Positions 12,613 to 24,800 of a DNA stretch of 64,000 nt are shown here, piece after piece. The stretch comes from Amphiscolops sp. MND2022 (taxonomy: Eukaryota). The notes beneath the pieces were generated by a model. It was not told the origin of the DNA, searched no databases, and saw only the letters and a list, made by a program, of their open reading frames with translations. The DNA is taken from NCBI GenBank assembly GCA_964187785.1, contig OZ076412.1:620001-684000 (forward strand), in the 5' to 3' direction. How positions within the stretch are numbered: the first letter of the stretch is position 1; the number at the start of each line of letters is the position of its first letter. A program made the position numbers and the translations under genes.

Positions 12613-13789
12613 GCATTCAAACTTGATGTTGGTTTTTGGGACAAAAATTAGCACTTTCACCTCGAAAAGTTTATACTTTTACACCGAATCTACTCTTTTA
12701 ATTTTGTAATTATCGGAAGATTGATTCACAGGAAGTTTGTTGTTGTCACTAGATGAATGTCACCAAAAGTTTTTTCGGCATTGCATCGTGTGCTCATTGA
12801 AAGTAAGTGTATAAAATTCTTTCAAATGTTTCAAGTCACATTTTTTCTCAAGAGTTGTCTGATGCTTGAATAGAATATGGAGACCATACAAAGCTCTAGA
12901 AAAAATTGTTCGATCTTCCGATCTTTGTTTTTCCTTGGAATTTCTTAAAAACTTGTGAACAACTTCTCTTTAGAGTTGCCAGATGACTTATAAAGTTAAA
13001 TAATTCATATGGATTTGATGGCGCTGAAGAAACAAGTTCCGATTGAAAAAAAAACGAAATTGTCTGATTACAACAACCCCCCCACTCATCCACCAACAGT
13101 AAGTGCTACTTTTGTACAAAATGCTTGAACAACAGCTCTTTAAAGTTATCAGATACGAATAAAAACCTATATTATACCGAATTTGATCGCTCTAGAGAAA
13201 GAAGTTCCGATTGTTTTCTTTACAAAGTTGTGCAACTTTCTACAACTTTTAAAAATAAACTAACAAAATTCGTCAGATTTTTCTGAAGCATCCACTTCAT
13301 TTTGAAATATCTCTTTGACTGGACATTAAGGTAGGGAATACAATTAGGAAAAGTTGTGGCCTCACTTGGTTGTCCCGGTAAATGGTGTTCAGACAATTTC
13401 GTCGAATAATAGGTCTAAGTTGGTGATTTAATTACCGGGAACCAATTGGCATGGTGAAGATTACGTACCAAATAAAAAGAGAGCGAAAATCCGAGCAAAA
13501 TAAAGACGAAATAAAGCCCCAGTCCAACATTATAATTCACGAAATGTCAGTACTAGTACTAGTTAATTGTGTACAGTATATAGTGAAGTATATTAAAATC
13601 ATTCAGATTCACTAAAATATGGAGTTACAGAGAAATTTTAATTGTCCTTTTGACTGAAACCAATGATCATTAGTATTTTGGATCTAATTTGTATTTGTCC
13701 AAAGACTGGTCACCGTCTCATTATTTGAACATCAAGTCAATTTCGTTGTCGTTTTGCTCTCTCCGATGAAATTAAGAAAACATTGTGTT

Positions 13790-14195
13790 TAGGTGCCATC
13801 AATGCATGTCAAAAAGTATTCTTGGTAGCTAAAAATCGCAGAAAACATTTTGTGTTAATGTCCCACCAACGCATGTCAATCAGTATTCCTGACAGCTGAA
13901 CTTCGCCGAAAAAAATTTGTGTTGAGATCCCACCAATGCATGTCGACAAGTATTCTTGATAGCTGAAAATCGCCTAAAAGGTTTTGTGTTAAGGTCTCAC
14001 CAATGCAAGTCAATAAATATTCTTGATAGCTGAAAATCGCCAAAAGATTTTGTGTTAAGGTCCCACCAATGCATGTCAATAGGTATTCTTGGTAGCTGAA
14101 AATCGCCGGAAAGATTTTGAGTTAAGGTCCCACCAATGCATGTCAATAAGTATTATCAATAGCCAAATCGAAGTTTTTGTGTATGTCCCACCAAT
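13790..14195 (+). repeat. ~67-bp minisatellite (about 6 units)
   Basis: GTCCCACCAATGCATGTCAATAAGTATTCTTGATAGCTGAAAATCG recurs with CCCACC at 13862, 13929, 13996, 14062, 14129 and 14187. Confidence 0.93.
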
Positions 14196-15129
14196 GGAAA
14201 AGTGTGTACGTCCCACCTTATGCCCGTTTCGTGTACGGACCCACCAAGTGCTACTTCGTACACAAGCATGTGTGAGAAACTGCACTTGGTTGGTCTGCCA
14301 GCACAATCCGCATAAGGCCGAACATTTACACTCACATTTGACCGGTGGAACAATAAAACAGTCGAACTTTAACATTAATGCAGTCGAACATGCACATTCT
14401 ATCGTAGACTGTCTGAGGCTACAAAAGATAGGTAGGACATTAAACATTAACACAAACTTGAATGTGTTGTGAACTAGCTGATTTTGAGCTTTTTTGCTCC
14501 TCTCCTAATCAACCTGTTCAATCTATGACGAATTATAGTTTTTTGTTCTACCTGTTGCTGTAAAAATTAGGCAATTTGCACGCATTCTTTTGTTAAACCC
14601 TTCCGCTTTTGTTAATAAAAAGATCTGATTTTCAACATAGTTATAAAAATTTCACAGTTGTACTTTCAGGTAACAAAGTTTGAAATACTTTGGGCAAAAT
14701 CTAGTTCGCCTTGCGTTCTTTACATTGAATAACTGTTCGAAAGAAAGTGAAAGTGAAGTCAAAGCCAAAAAGATGAGTCAAGGCCAATAAGTCAATTCGC
14801 ATTAAAATATTACATTCGACAATTTTGAGTTCTTTAAGCGAATAAAAATGTCTGCTAACGCTTTATTTGTAGCTAACTATGAATATCGCTAATTCATGCT
14901 GAATTGTTGCTAACGCTATCGCTGTCACTCCTCTGATACACATTAGGAACCAAATAAAACTGTTCTAACTTGATCAAAATAAGAAAATAGTTGGACGCAG
15001 AAATAAATTCAGGAAACACAAAACTGAATAAGCAGAAGCAATACCTTTACAAAACAAAGTTTGATAAACATTTCAAATTTATTGAACAAGCTGTCAGATA
15101 ATTCGATTTCAAACAGTTAAATCAATTCA

Positions 15130-15720
15130 GATTTCACAAAATATAAAAACTGGAGGAAGTTGATATGAATACCATTTCCTAAAAATAAAAAAAGTTTTGA
15201 ACTGAAAGTCTTTGTGATTTCCACCAGATTTCATTTTCTGACATCGCTGACCTGCATATCTCTCACTTTGTTCTTTATATCCTGTCTCTTTTGTGCATGA
15301 GGATACCTTTTCATTGCTTCCAAACAGACATCTTGACCCTTCCATCATTTCTTTTCGAACTTCCTTTCTCAATGCTTTTTCTTGATCTTCCGGCCATAGT
15401 CATCTGGGGGCACATTTTGGCCTTGCAGCAGTCGTGCTCTTCTTTCTCTTGGGCCTTCTTCGTTCGGCATCTTCAGAGCCATCGGAAGCTTCATCTGCTT
15501 GTTATGAAGCGTCATCGTCTGGCTTTTCTTCCTCTTCCTTGTCGTCGTCATGTTGTGGTTGTTTGGTATGTCGTTGTTTGGTTTGTTGTGATGTGATACG
15601 GCTTGAAGTCGCCTTCGAAGAACTCGGAAGAGTTTAATCAGCAGGAGCTTCTCCTTCTTCACCGGCATCCTGAAAAGTTCAATTTTGGGGGAAAGCTCGG
15701 ACACGAATACATGATTTGCT
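15130..15720 (-). pseudogene. C-terminal acidic/basic linker and Myb/SANT-like tail of the YR protein
   Basis: APR*LWPEDQEKALRKEVRKEMMEG, then a frameshift to DVCLEAMKRYPHAQKRQDIKNKVRDM; resembles a W...E..AL...C...R...IK.KVR tail. Confidence 0.55.
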
Positions 15721-16073
15721 TTGAATAAGCCAAACTCCACTTCTTTTTACTTTGTTATTCCAATTCGAAGTGAAATCAGCATTCACAAACACTGGGCCCT
15801 GCTATTTCAACAAAAAAATCAAGAAGCTAAACTTCAAGTCTTTTTCCACAAAGAATTCAAGAAACTAAACTCCAATTCAATTTACCTTATTAATTCAATT
15901 CGAAGTTAAACCAGTATTCTCAAACACCGGGCATTACCATTTTAAACAAAGCATATAAAAGAAGGTAAAATCCAAAAGTTTTGTTTCTGTTATTTCCGAA
16001 TGAATTGCAATTGGTATTATCCAACGCCGAGCGTTGTTATTTCAATTGAAGCATTTAAGAATATTGAATAAAA

Positions 16074-16865
16074 TTAAAAATGGATTTCAAACTTTTTAAC
16101 ATATTTGCAATTGTGTTTGGAATTGAAATTAGTAGATCTTCTCAACGAATCGTCAAGATTCAAAGCCGACTGGAGTGTGTCAAGGTTCTCTATGTAGGCG
16201 TCTCTGACCTTTCCTTTGTCCGCAATGTATACTAAGTTGGTCTTTTTTGCCAGGTTGAGAGCATCAATGTGCATCCTATATTACTTGTCGTGAACATCCA
16301 GGTCATGTTCCAGGAAGTCGGCCACCCAAAATCTTTGGTTTTGTGGTGAATCCAAGAACTGGGCTGCAGTGGCAAGATACTTGCGGAGCTTTGCAGATCG
16401 GAACACTTGTTTTCTTGCAGTTTAAACTTGTTGGCCTCCCTCTGTTTGGAAGAAGTAGTTTCCACTTTTCAGCTTATCTTCGTTGACCATGAAGTCTATC
16501 ACTTATAGGATTTTAGGTGGAATCAAACTGGGAACAAATTTTCCACCTTTCCCAGGCAGTCGCAGCAACGTGTAGTACTTTGCGAACATCATTTCAACTT
16601 CTGTGAGCCTAAAAAGTTCGTAATCCGCTCTTTCTGACCTCTGTAAACCGAGACGCCTTTGGAGAATCATGTGTTTACGTTTTGCGCCCGAAACTTTGCG
16701 ATCTCGCTTCTTATTAAAACTGACAAGATTGGTTTCATTTCGTCGTTGTTGTGAGCCGTTTTGGTTAGCAAGTCCGAAATTTTCGCTCCAATCTTTTCTC
16801 TGAAGCACATCATATCTGAAGTTGGAATGACCAGGTGTGTCGACTCGTTTTGTTTCTTCATCATC
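16074..16865 (-). pseudogene. Tyrosine recombinase catalytic domain (frameshifts and stops)
   Basis: Motifs in order: LVIPTSDM, LVSFNKKR, LRLPGKGGKFVPSLIPP, then KLRKYLATAAQFLDSPQNQRFWVADFLEHDLDVHDK*YRMHIDALNLAK (16391 to ~16250), matching the R..K..(H)xxR..H..Y layout of tyrosine recombinases. Stop TAA at 16283-16281. Confidence 0.85.
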
Positions 16866-17091
16866 CTGTTAAAATATTCAAAACATACAAGGCCAATACG
16901 AAAACGAAAACTAAATTCATTTTGGAAATACGTGAATAAATGAAAATTACTACAAAAAAAGTTATCATACGACAAACATCTGCATTATTTTGAAGTGAAA
17001 AATCGATTTTGTTTGTTTTTGTTATTTTTAAATTTTCAGTATGAGATAATTTTCGTGGTGACGTGGAAGTGTTCAAAAATTAAAAACTAAC

Positions 17092-17990
17092 TCATATTTT
17101 GCTAGTTCTAAAATTGCTGAACACTCACTATCGAGAATTTTTAAGATTTCTCTTGCAGTCTCCGAGGTTGACTTCTTTTTCCACGTCCAAGCCTGGTTGC
17201 GTAAGAACTGAGCAGCTGTTTTCAGAATCAATCCCATTTTAACCCTGTAGGACTTTTCGAATGTCATAACAGCTTCTTTCACTCTTGGCCACATTTCGGG
17301 ATTATTGACTTCAATCAAGTATGAGCAATTGAGTTTGTATACACGTTGGGCCATTGATCTCATTCGGTCGTTGATTTGAAGGTAATCCTCGCCAGCTTTT
17401 CTCTTATCAAAGTACCACTCACCAAGGTATCGTATCAGTGGATCACGCCTTGCAATATTCCCATATTCATCATGTCTCATTCGTGTGAAAACATATTGGT
17501 CAAATGGTGTGCCTTTGGTAGCTTTCACTTCGAGCAACAATGCAAACTGAGCAGCTTGATGTTTTTTTTCCTTCATTGATCAAAGCTATCTTTTCACTTG
17601 CCGTGCAATCTGTTTTATTGCGATACATTGTTTTTTTCTGGAAGAAACCCAGACAGCTTGGACATGGGGCAAAGTCGTAAGCAGATGGATTTTCAGCTAC
17701 AGTTGGATCCCTGGCAACAATCAATTTGCTTTCGAAATTTTGGGTCTCGCTGGATTTCTTGAAAACAGCGATGTTGTACTTATAGACACCTCCGTAGACG
17801 ATCAAGTGTGTGAGAGCATCCTTCTCTCTCCTCAGTTTTCTCAGCTCGGTCTCAGTTTGGACAGTTTTCCTGCCTTCTTCGAGATCCTCAATTTCCTTGT
17901 TAATCCTTTGAAGGTTTAAAACTCGGAGTTCTTTGCCATGAAATTTATCCACATGACGTGTCAGTTTTTGAACCATAGTGGCTTTTTCTG
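17092..17990 (-). pseudogene. Zn-finger/Cys-rich and core-binding region upstream of the YR catalytic domain
   Basis: CCPY...KLTRHVDKFH, LIVARDP...DFAPCPSCLGFF, MRHDEYGNIARRDPLIRYLG, DRMRSMA, KMGLILKTAAQFL. It joins the catalytic exon through a GT-AG intron at 17091-16866 that restores the frame (AKYE/MMKKQNE). Confidence 0.8.
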
Positions 17991-18035
17991 GTTCAGTGAA
18001 AGGATTGTAAGGACAACATTTCGTTTTTTCTGTGT

Positions 18036-18510
18036 TTATTCAGAGCGACTTGAATTTTGATTTTCCGAAGAAACTTCGAAATGGCACTGTCCTGGTTTTT
18101 GGACTAATTGCTCCATTACAAGTTCCATTTCCTGATCGTCTGTTTCTTGGGTATCTGTTGAAGTTGTAGCTGACTTGTAAGAACTTTCACTAATCTGACT
18201 GATGCTCTCTGCATCGATACCAACTTCTTTGGTTTTTCCAACCGAAGGACCACATTTCTTCTTTTTTGATCTTGCTCGTTCCAGTGGTTCATCTTCCGAT
18301 GGGTACTTGCTGCTCACATCCTCATTGTCCCTGTCAGCATCATCACTTCCGGGAGTGAATCGATCGCTCGACGAGGTGGACGATTTTTTACTAGAATCTT
18401 CAGTTGTTCCGATGGAAGATTTGGGCTGCGATTTTTCGTTGCTTCCGCTTTGTTCGGAGACGGATTCATCGCATTCTTCAGCTTCCGGTTTCGGCTGTAG
18501 GTATTGACGG
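18036..18510 (-). pseudogene. Ser/Glu/Asp/Lys-rich low-complexity exon of the SET-YR gene
   Basis: Open frame reading EAEECDESVSEQSG...RARSKKKK...; the overlapping plus-strand ORF is its antisense shadow. Confidence 0.6.
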
Positions 18511-18896
18511 CCCTTAGCGAGCAGTTTTACAGCTCTGGTTGTTCCTTGCTAAGAATCAACTGCAAAACAACACGCTAATTTGAACATCAATGTCAACCAA
18601 TTGAAAAAATTTAGCTAGAGCTTCAACAAAAAACACCAATTTCCATTAGCAAAACCTTAGGAACTTCGCCTTCAATTACGTTTCGCTTTAATCCGAAACA
18701 TCTTTTTTCTAATACAGTTTTTTGACCAGAAGATTCCTAACGAAAGAAACAAAGGGGCTCCTGCATTCTGAATTTTAGGGAGCTAGGTCGAACATGTTCG
18801 GCAAAATGTAATGAATTTTAATGTGATACGAAAGACGACTTTTGAAACATTTTTGATTATTTTTGTCACGAAAAGTGAAACAAAACAAAACTGGGT

Positions 18897-20455
18897 TTAC
18901 TTTGTGATGTAGTGAAGTATCCGGAGCTTATGAACCTTCTTCCTTTTCTGGTAATTGTTTGTCGTCAACCTTTGTGCAGATTCCTTGATAGCTGAGCCTA
19001 AGTTCTTCGGCTTCTCGGCTCGCGGCTGTTCCTTTGATGCCAGTGTCGGCTTTTTGACAGCCTCGTTTTGATCTCTACTTCCTGTTGGTAGCTGAAGCGA
19101 TTCCGCTGGTTTTGTTGCTCCGCAAGTGGTTGATGATCTCACTGGTCCAGTTTCAGAAAACAACAACGCTGCGAGAGACAGCCTATTCGCTTCAATGACA
19201 GATGCCAGTTCCGAGGCATGTTCATCAGCGACATCTTGCTTGGCTTCTCCTACTTTAGCTGGTTGTTTCGAAGTAAGTTTCTCTTCGGCAGTTGACTTGG
19301 CTTCTCTAGGTTTAGCTTGTGGTTCCGGAACAATTATCTCTCCGACAGCTGGGTTAGTTTCTCCAGATTTCGCTGCTGGTTCCGAAACAACTTTTTTTTC
19401 GACAGCTGGCTTGGCTTCTCCAGGTTTAGCTGGTAGTTCCGGAACAACTGTCTTGCCAACAGCTGACTTGGCTTCTCCAGGTTTAGCTAACGGTTCCGGA
19501 ACAACTTTCTCTCCGGCAGCTGGCATGGCTTCTCTACTTTTAGCTAGTGGTTTTGAAGCATGTTCCTCTACGGCAACTGTCTTGGCTTTTCAAGTATTAG
19601 CTGCTGGTTTTGAAGCAAGTTTTCTTTCCGACAGTTGGCTTCACTTCTACACGTTTAGCTGTATGTTTTGAAGCAAGTTTCTCATCGGCAGCTGGCTTGG
19701 CTTCTCCACCGTTAGCTGGTGGTTTTAAAGCGACTTTTTCTCCGACAGCTGACTTGGATTTTCCACTTTTAGCTGGTGGTTCTGAAGCAAGTTCCACTTC
19801 GGCAGCTGGCTTGGCTTCTCCAGTTTTAGCTGGTGGTTTTGACGCAAGTTTCTATTCGGCAGCTGGCTTGGCTTCTCCAAGTTTTTTTTTACGACAACTG
19901 CCTCAGCTACTCCAAATGTAGTTGGTTGTTTTGAATCATCTTTTCGAGGCAGTTTCTCTGAGTGCTACCACACTCTTCGAGAAACCTTTCACTACACCGA
20001 CTCTCTGTTCCGTCTTCTCATCTTCAGTTTTTGCTTCGGAATCAATATTCTCGGTAATGTTGGCTTTTGATTCTGGTTTTGACGATTCTATAGTCTGGAC
20101 TTGGGGTTGAAAAGAAACTTTACGTCTGGTTTTCGGCTTGGAAGATCTTTCCTTTGTAACAGCTGTTTTTTTTTGTAGCGAATTCTTCGCATCGAGTTTG
20201 CCTGGCTGCGGTTCCCCTCATTTTTTCAGTAAGTGTTAGCATTTGTGCCGTTGGAACTACGACTTCTTTTTTAGAAGTTGGGTTTTCCGAATTAGCTGGT
20301 GTCTCGCTTTCGGGAACCGCGGGGTTTCTTTCGCCACTCGGCATTTGGGAAGCTATATTCATAACGCAGCTATTCTCCCTAAACAAGAAGGTTGCACGTG
20401 AAATATCTTCCATGAAAAACTTTATTTTTCTGCGAAGAAAATTGTCCAGCTTCAA
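18897..20455 (-). pseudogene. Low-complexity exon(s) with 19-aa tandem repeats
   Basis: AKPGEAKSAVGKTVVPELP / AKPGEAKPAVEKKVVSEPA / AKSGETNPAVGEIIVPEPQ and further units, with frameshifts between ORF segments. Confidence 0.7.
19235..19905 (-). repeat. 57-bp coding minisatellite, about 12 units
   Basis: Plus-strand GGCTTCTCC....TTAGCTG recurs every ~57 bp from ~19243 to ~19869. Confidence 0.9.
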
Positions 20456-20777
20456 AAAAATTTCTGCTTTTAAGCTTCCCCTTATTCCGTTTTCAAAAAC
20501 AACTACATATCAATTTTCCAGTGCCCACGTTCAGTTTCCTGCAACCCGCCGTGACAAAATTATTTTGTTGTTTTCTCCAGTTTCATTTTTTGGCGCTTCG
20601 ATTTCTATCGCTTTTTTTAAAAAGAAATTACACCATGAGTCAAAAATAGTCCTGAATTGTAACAAAATTTATTCTTTTTTGGACCCTATAATTCCAACTA
20701 CGTAAATTTAACTCAGTATGAGGCTGTTTCGTACTAGCATATATTCAGCTTGGCACTTAGTAAAACTTACGGTTGTG

Positions 20778-20965
20778 TTTTTACAGTCACAAGGTCGTAC
20801 CCGCACTTGATAGGACATGAGACATGTTTTTACCAGCACAAGGTCGGACCCGCACTTGGTTGGACATGAGACCTTTTTTACTATCACTAGGTTGGATCCG
20901 TTTTTGATAGAATATGCGGTCGAAATTTTACTATCACAAGGTCGGACCCGCACTTGATTGATCAT
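20778..20965 (+). repeat. ~49-bp minisatellite (ACAAGGTCGGACCCGCACTTG core), 4 units
   Basis: Cores at 20789, 20838, 20886 and 20936; an inverted relative lies at ~33860-34030. Confidence 0.85.
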
Positions 20966-21883
20966 GACGTTGCTTTTGTTGTCGCTGTGGCCCACCAATG
21001 TAAGTTTTGTTTTGAAAAAATGTCAATTTTTCGAAACTGCCTTTTTGTTCAATCGAATGGCACTGGCGGGGAATGTGACTTACTATTTTTTTTCAACAAT
21101 GTCATGATTGGGGAAAAGGCCAACTTTGATAAGATAAATCTATGTCAAAAATGCAAATGTTCTAATTTGGGAACTCTTGTTGCAGAAATTCCAATGGTTT
21201 GTTTTCATTCACCAAGTAAATTAGATATTGCTCTCTCCTGATGGCCAGCTTGTTTGGCAAAATCTCAACTCGGTTCATTCACCATCAAACACCTGACAGG
21301 TGGATGACTTTCCTGCTTTCATGAGTGAATTGAAAGGACTGTCCCATTCAATGATTATCAAATATTATTCTATAATAACTTTCAGCAGTTGTTCAATCGA
21401 TAAATTATTCGGAAGCAATTTGTGGGACATACTTGGTGGCAAATGTAAAAAGACTCGAGCATGGCCATGTGTCAAAAGAATGGAAGTAAGGTACCATGTG
21501 TTCGATCCCTCCAAGAGCCGCTAGCTGTTAGTTGAACGTTGTTCATTAAGTTTTAGGGCGAAGAAAATTTGCGTTTGAGGAACATAGTTTCAACAAAATT
21601 TGTATTTGAATCTCAAACAGTCAATATAAAATTACTTTCCAAAAAGAAAATGTAAGGTGCTAAGTTTAGTTCCTTTTCAGGCAGTCACTGTAACTGATCT
21701 CAAAACAAGTGGTGAAAGGTAGACAGAAAATAACCATATTTACTGAGACGAAAAACGTTTTTCAACGCTTGTGTAGTGACTGTTTTTTTGATAGCAACTA
21801 AGTCATCTGAACTTCACTTATTTGAGAATAATTTTGAAAGACATTATACAAAATTGTTTTACAATTTGAAAAATCAGACTGAC

Positions 21884-22272
21884 CTGGAAGAATAACACGG
21901 GTTGCCAGGAAAATGCAATGTGGTCTGCCCTTGTCGTCATGGACCTTTTTTATTCGACAGTTGGCCGCAACCGATTTGTCCATGTCGTTGATAAACCTCG
22001 CCAAGTCAGAGTTCGTCTCATCGAACACTGAGTCTTATCCCTTCTGAACTTCCATCACGTAGTCAAAGTTAGCGACTTGAGTTGCTCTCCTCGGCCCCCA
22101 ATAACTCAGTAGAAACTCTTGCGCTTCTAATTGTTTTTTTTTCGAAAAGCCTTCTTCCAGCCGTTCCACTGGCGAAGTTGACAGTCTGAACAACGAAACC
22201 TTCCAGATTCTAATAGAGAAAGTCTTCTCACAATTCAGTTTTCCGCGCAGCACTTCGAGTAGACATGGTTTT
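21884..22272 (-). pseudogene. SET-domain exon (PR-Set7/KMT5A-like lysine methyltransferase fold), disrupted
   Basis: GTAGRRLF..K.(fs)EAQEFLLSYWG...VMEVQKG*DSVFDETNSDLARFINDMDKSVAANCRIKKVHDDKGRPHCIFLATRVILP. Bounded by acceptor TCTTCAG (22273) and donor GTCAGT (21883). The final EL.YDY motif was not located. Confidence 0.8.
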
Positions 22273-22801
22273 CTGAAGAGAAATAAACGTATAGTTTTGT
22301 TAATCGCAGCAGTTCAACCAAAAGAAAACATCGATAAAATCAATGAAGTATGACTTCTACAACATTAGAATAAACAAGAAATCCATTTTAGTGTTCAACA
22401 GTTCCATTATGTTGATTCGAAATTGAAAGAGAGATATCAATTGTTGGGTTAAACATTAGACTTAAGAAGAAAAAAGGTGCTCAATGACACAATGACAGTG
22501 TTGCTACTAGGAAAATATTCAATCTAGAAAATCTAATAGTTTGCGGATTTATAGTGTCTAGTTTTCTTCTGAAAAAATATTATTGAACAAAAATCTTGTG
22601 ATTCATTTTTGGCTCGAAAAACAACAACAAAGGTTTGAAAAATTGTTGTCAGTTTTGAAAAACAAATAGAGTTCTCAAGAAATCAATGACAACTTCGATT
22701 TGGTCACTCTCATTTTCTGTTTAATTTTGTTGTATCCAAGATTTTATTTCGTCCCAGTGGAAGTCGAACGCGGATTCACAGTACATGTATAGGAAAACCT
22801 C

Positions 22802-24800
22802 TCAGGGTCTCTCGAAAGGATCTTTTCCTTTATGTTGTGTACGTTGGTCAGCCTTGAGGATAGCCAGCATCTTCCTCAGCTCAGTTTTTTTGACACTTTT
22901 CTCTGACCGATGACGATATGACCATTCTCTGAGAGGTGTGGAGGAACATGACAACCAGTGCTTCAAAGTAAGGAAATGCAAGGGAGGGTTGGAAACCTTG
23001 CTCGAGTTCCTTCTCGTAGGCCAGGGCACTCCGATACAAGTGCTTCTCCATGATGAAGTTACAGCCAAACGCTACGCTCTCATCGGGAGTGTACACGGAT
23101 CCATTGACTGGGTAAGAACAGACAATCACCTTCTTCTGAAACTATCTAATGCGTTGTCACGTCCGGGTGAAAGCCGAAGAAGAATGAACTGAAACATAGA
23201 GCATGTTTGAAACGCAACATCTGACCCGTGACTTGGTCAAACGGATCTAAGATTCACTACTGTTCTCTCATCGCCCACATAAATCTCATATAAAGAAATT
23301 GATAAATTGGTATATGAAAACCTTCGATCAAAAGCAAAACCCGGTTGTGGAAAAGTATGACATTTATTGTGGCCTAAATTTGAGAGAAAAAGCAGCGTCC
23401 GGTGCAGAAAAATAAAGATAATTTTTGCGATTTATGTTTAAGATGAAGAACCAACGCCCTGTGATGGGAAACTAGAGTGTTTTTAGGATTCGCACGAAAG
23501 AGCAACCGATCATTGATGGTTCTCCAACTTTCGACGAATTGTAGAAAAACTTGGAAAGTACCTTTGAATTGGTACCTAATTTAAGACTACTTATGACGCA
23601 AGCAAAACTCCTGGTCATTAGTTGACATTGAACAAAATCTCACTTATTTTTTGGTATCGCTCGCAAGCCTTTCCTCAAAAAGTTTTTGGTTTTCCTCGAT
23701 TGGCTCCACAACAAAGAAATATTTCTTGCCCTTTGTCGAAATGTAGAAAACGGATGTGCCCGCGAAGTCCTGATGCCAGTTAGTTTGCGCTCTAGCTTCT
23801 GACATCAGCCGGTAGTCGCTGCTTCCTGTTGTCAAATCGAAAGCTAACTGGTTTTGGTGGTTCGAAGAAACCTTCTTGCAATGGCCAAAGGAAATGCCTG
23901 TCACTATATTGGGCAAACAAAACCGGTGAACTATCCCGCTGTTTGAATCCACGTTGAAGACAAGTCAATCACATTTATCGGATGATTTTCAGGCGCAAGG
24001 CTGTGGTCTTCACTGTGGTCAAGAAACTCCTTCAGAGTGAAGATATCTTTGTTTCTGGAAGTGCATAGAAGCAGACATTGATCTTGATCTCTCGGGGAAT
24101 TCAATCTGTTACACGACGAATGGACGTCAAGCTTTTAGCAGGAAGAGTTGCGATACCAGGAAGTTTGTTAGTACACTGGCGTGGAACAACAGGTTTTGAA
24201 GGCCTTCCGTTGTAAAACTTGGATCCAATATCGTCCACATTCAGCCCATCAAAATCTTTCGTGGCAGGTTGTACTGTTGCAAAAATATGCTGCTGGAATT
24301 CCACAGAAACTTTTTCGACTCCACTCGGAGGAAGGGAGCTGAAATTTGTTGAGTAAGAGACAACACCCTCCACTGAAGTCTCCAGCTGTTCCTCGACAGC
24401 AACTTTGGCTGTCCTCGGAGGTGTTTTTTTCGGAATCCTCAGCTCTCCCTTGAACGACAACAGCTTCAGTAATACCCGTAAGTGTTTCTTCGGAGTCTTC
24501 ACTTTCCTCTCCAAGAGAAACAAGGGTTTCTAATTTAAATTGAAGCGACTTATCACTTGAGAAACGAGGGCTGTCATCCGCGGGAGATCCTCCTTCTGGA
24601 GTCTCTGGAACAGAAGTTTCCAAAACAGCGCTTTGGTCGACAAGAATAGCGCTTTCCGCAACTGCGCCAGAGGATGTAGTGGGCTTTGGTTCAAAAAACG
24701 TGGATGTTGTCACCGTTTGGGAAGTACTGGCTATGAATGGATCAAGTTTGCACTCAGATTTGTGCCGGGTTAGATCAAATCTTCGAGCCGTTGTTGTTAA
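22802..24800 (-). pseudogene. N-terminal part of the SET-YR gene: half Zn finger, S/T/E-rich linker, unassigned globular segments
   Basis: TTARRFDLTRHKSEC at ~24790, ORFs 24249-24803, 24101-24523, 23644-23952 and 22881-23129 on the same strand, with in-frame TGA stops. Confidence 0.45.

Larger units (their letters stand above)
15130..24800 (-). mobile_element. Decayed tyrosine-recombinase (Crypton-like) element encoding a multi-exon SET + Zn-finger + YR + Myb/SANT-like protein
   Basis: All coding remnants are on the minus strand in a coherent order; component features are listed separately. Termini were not identified. Confidence 0.75.

Noticed and set aside
18202-20110. Plus-strand Ser/Ala-rich ORFs (18202-18507, 19126-19671, 19610-19921) and 43711-44136
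   Set aside because: They are antisense shadows of minus-strand low-complexity or gag coding sequence.
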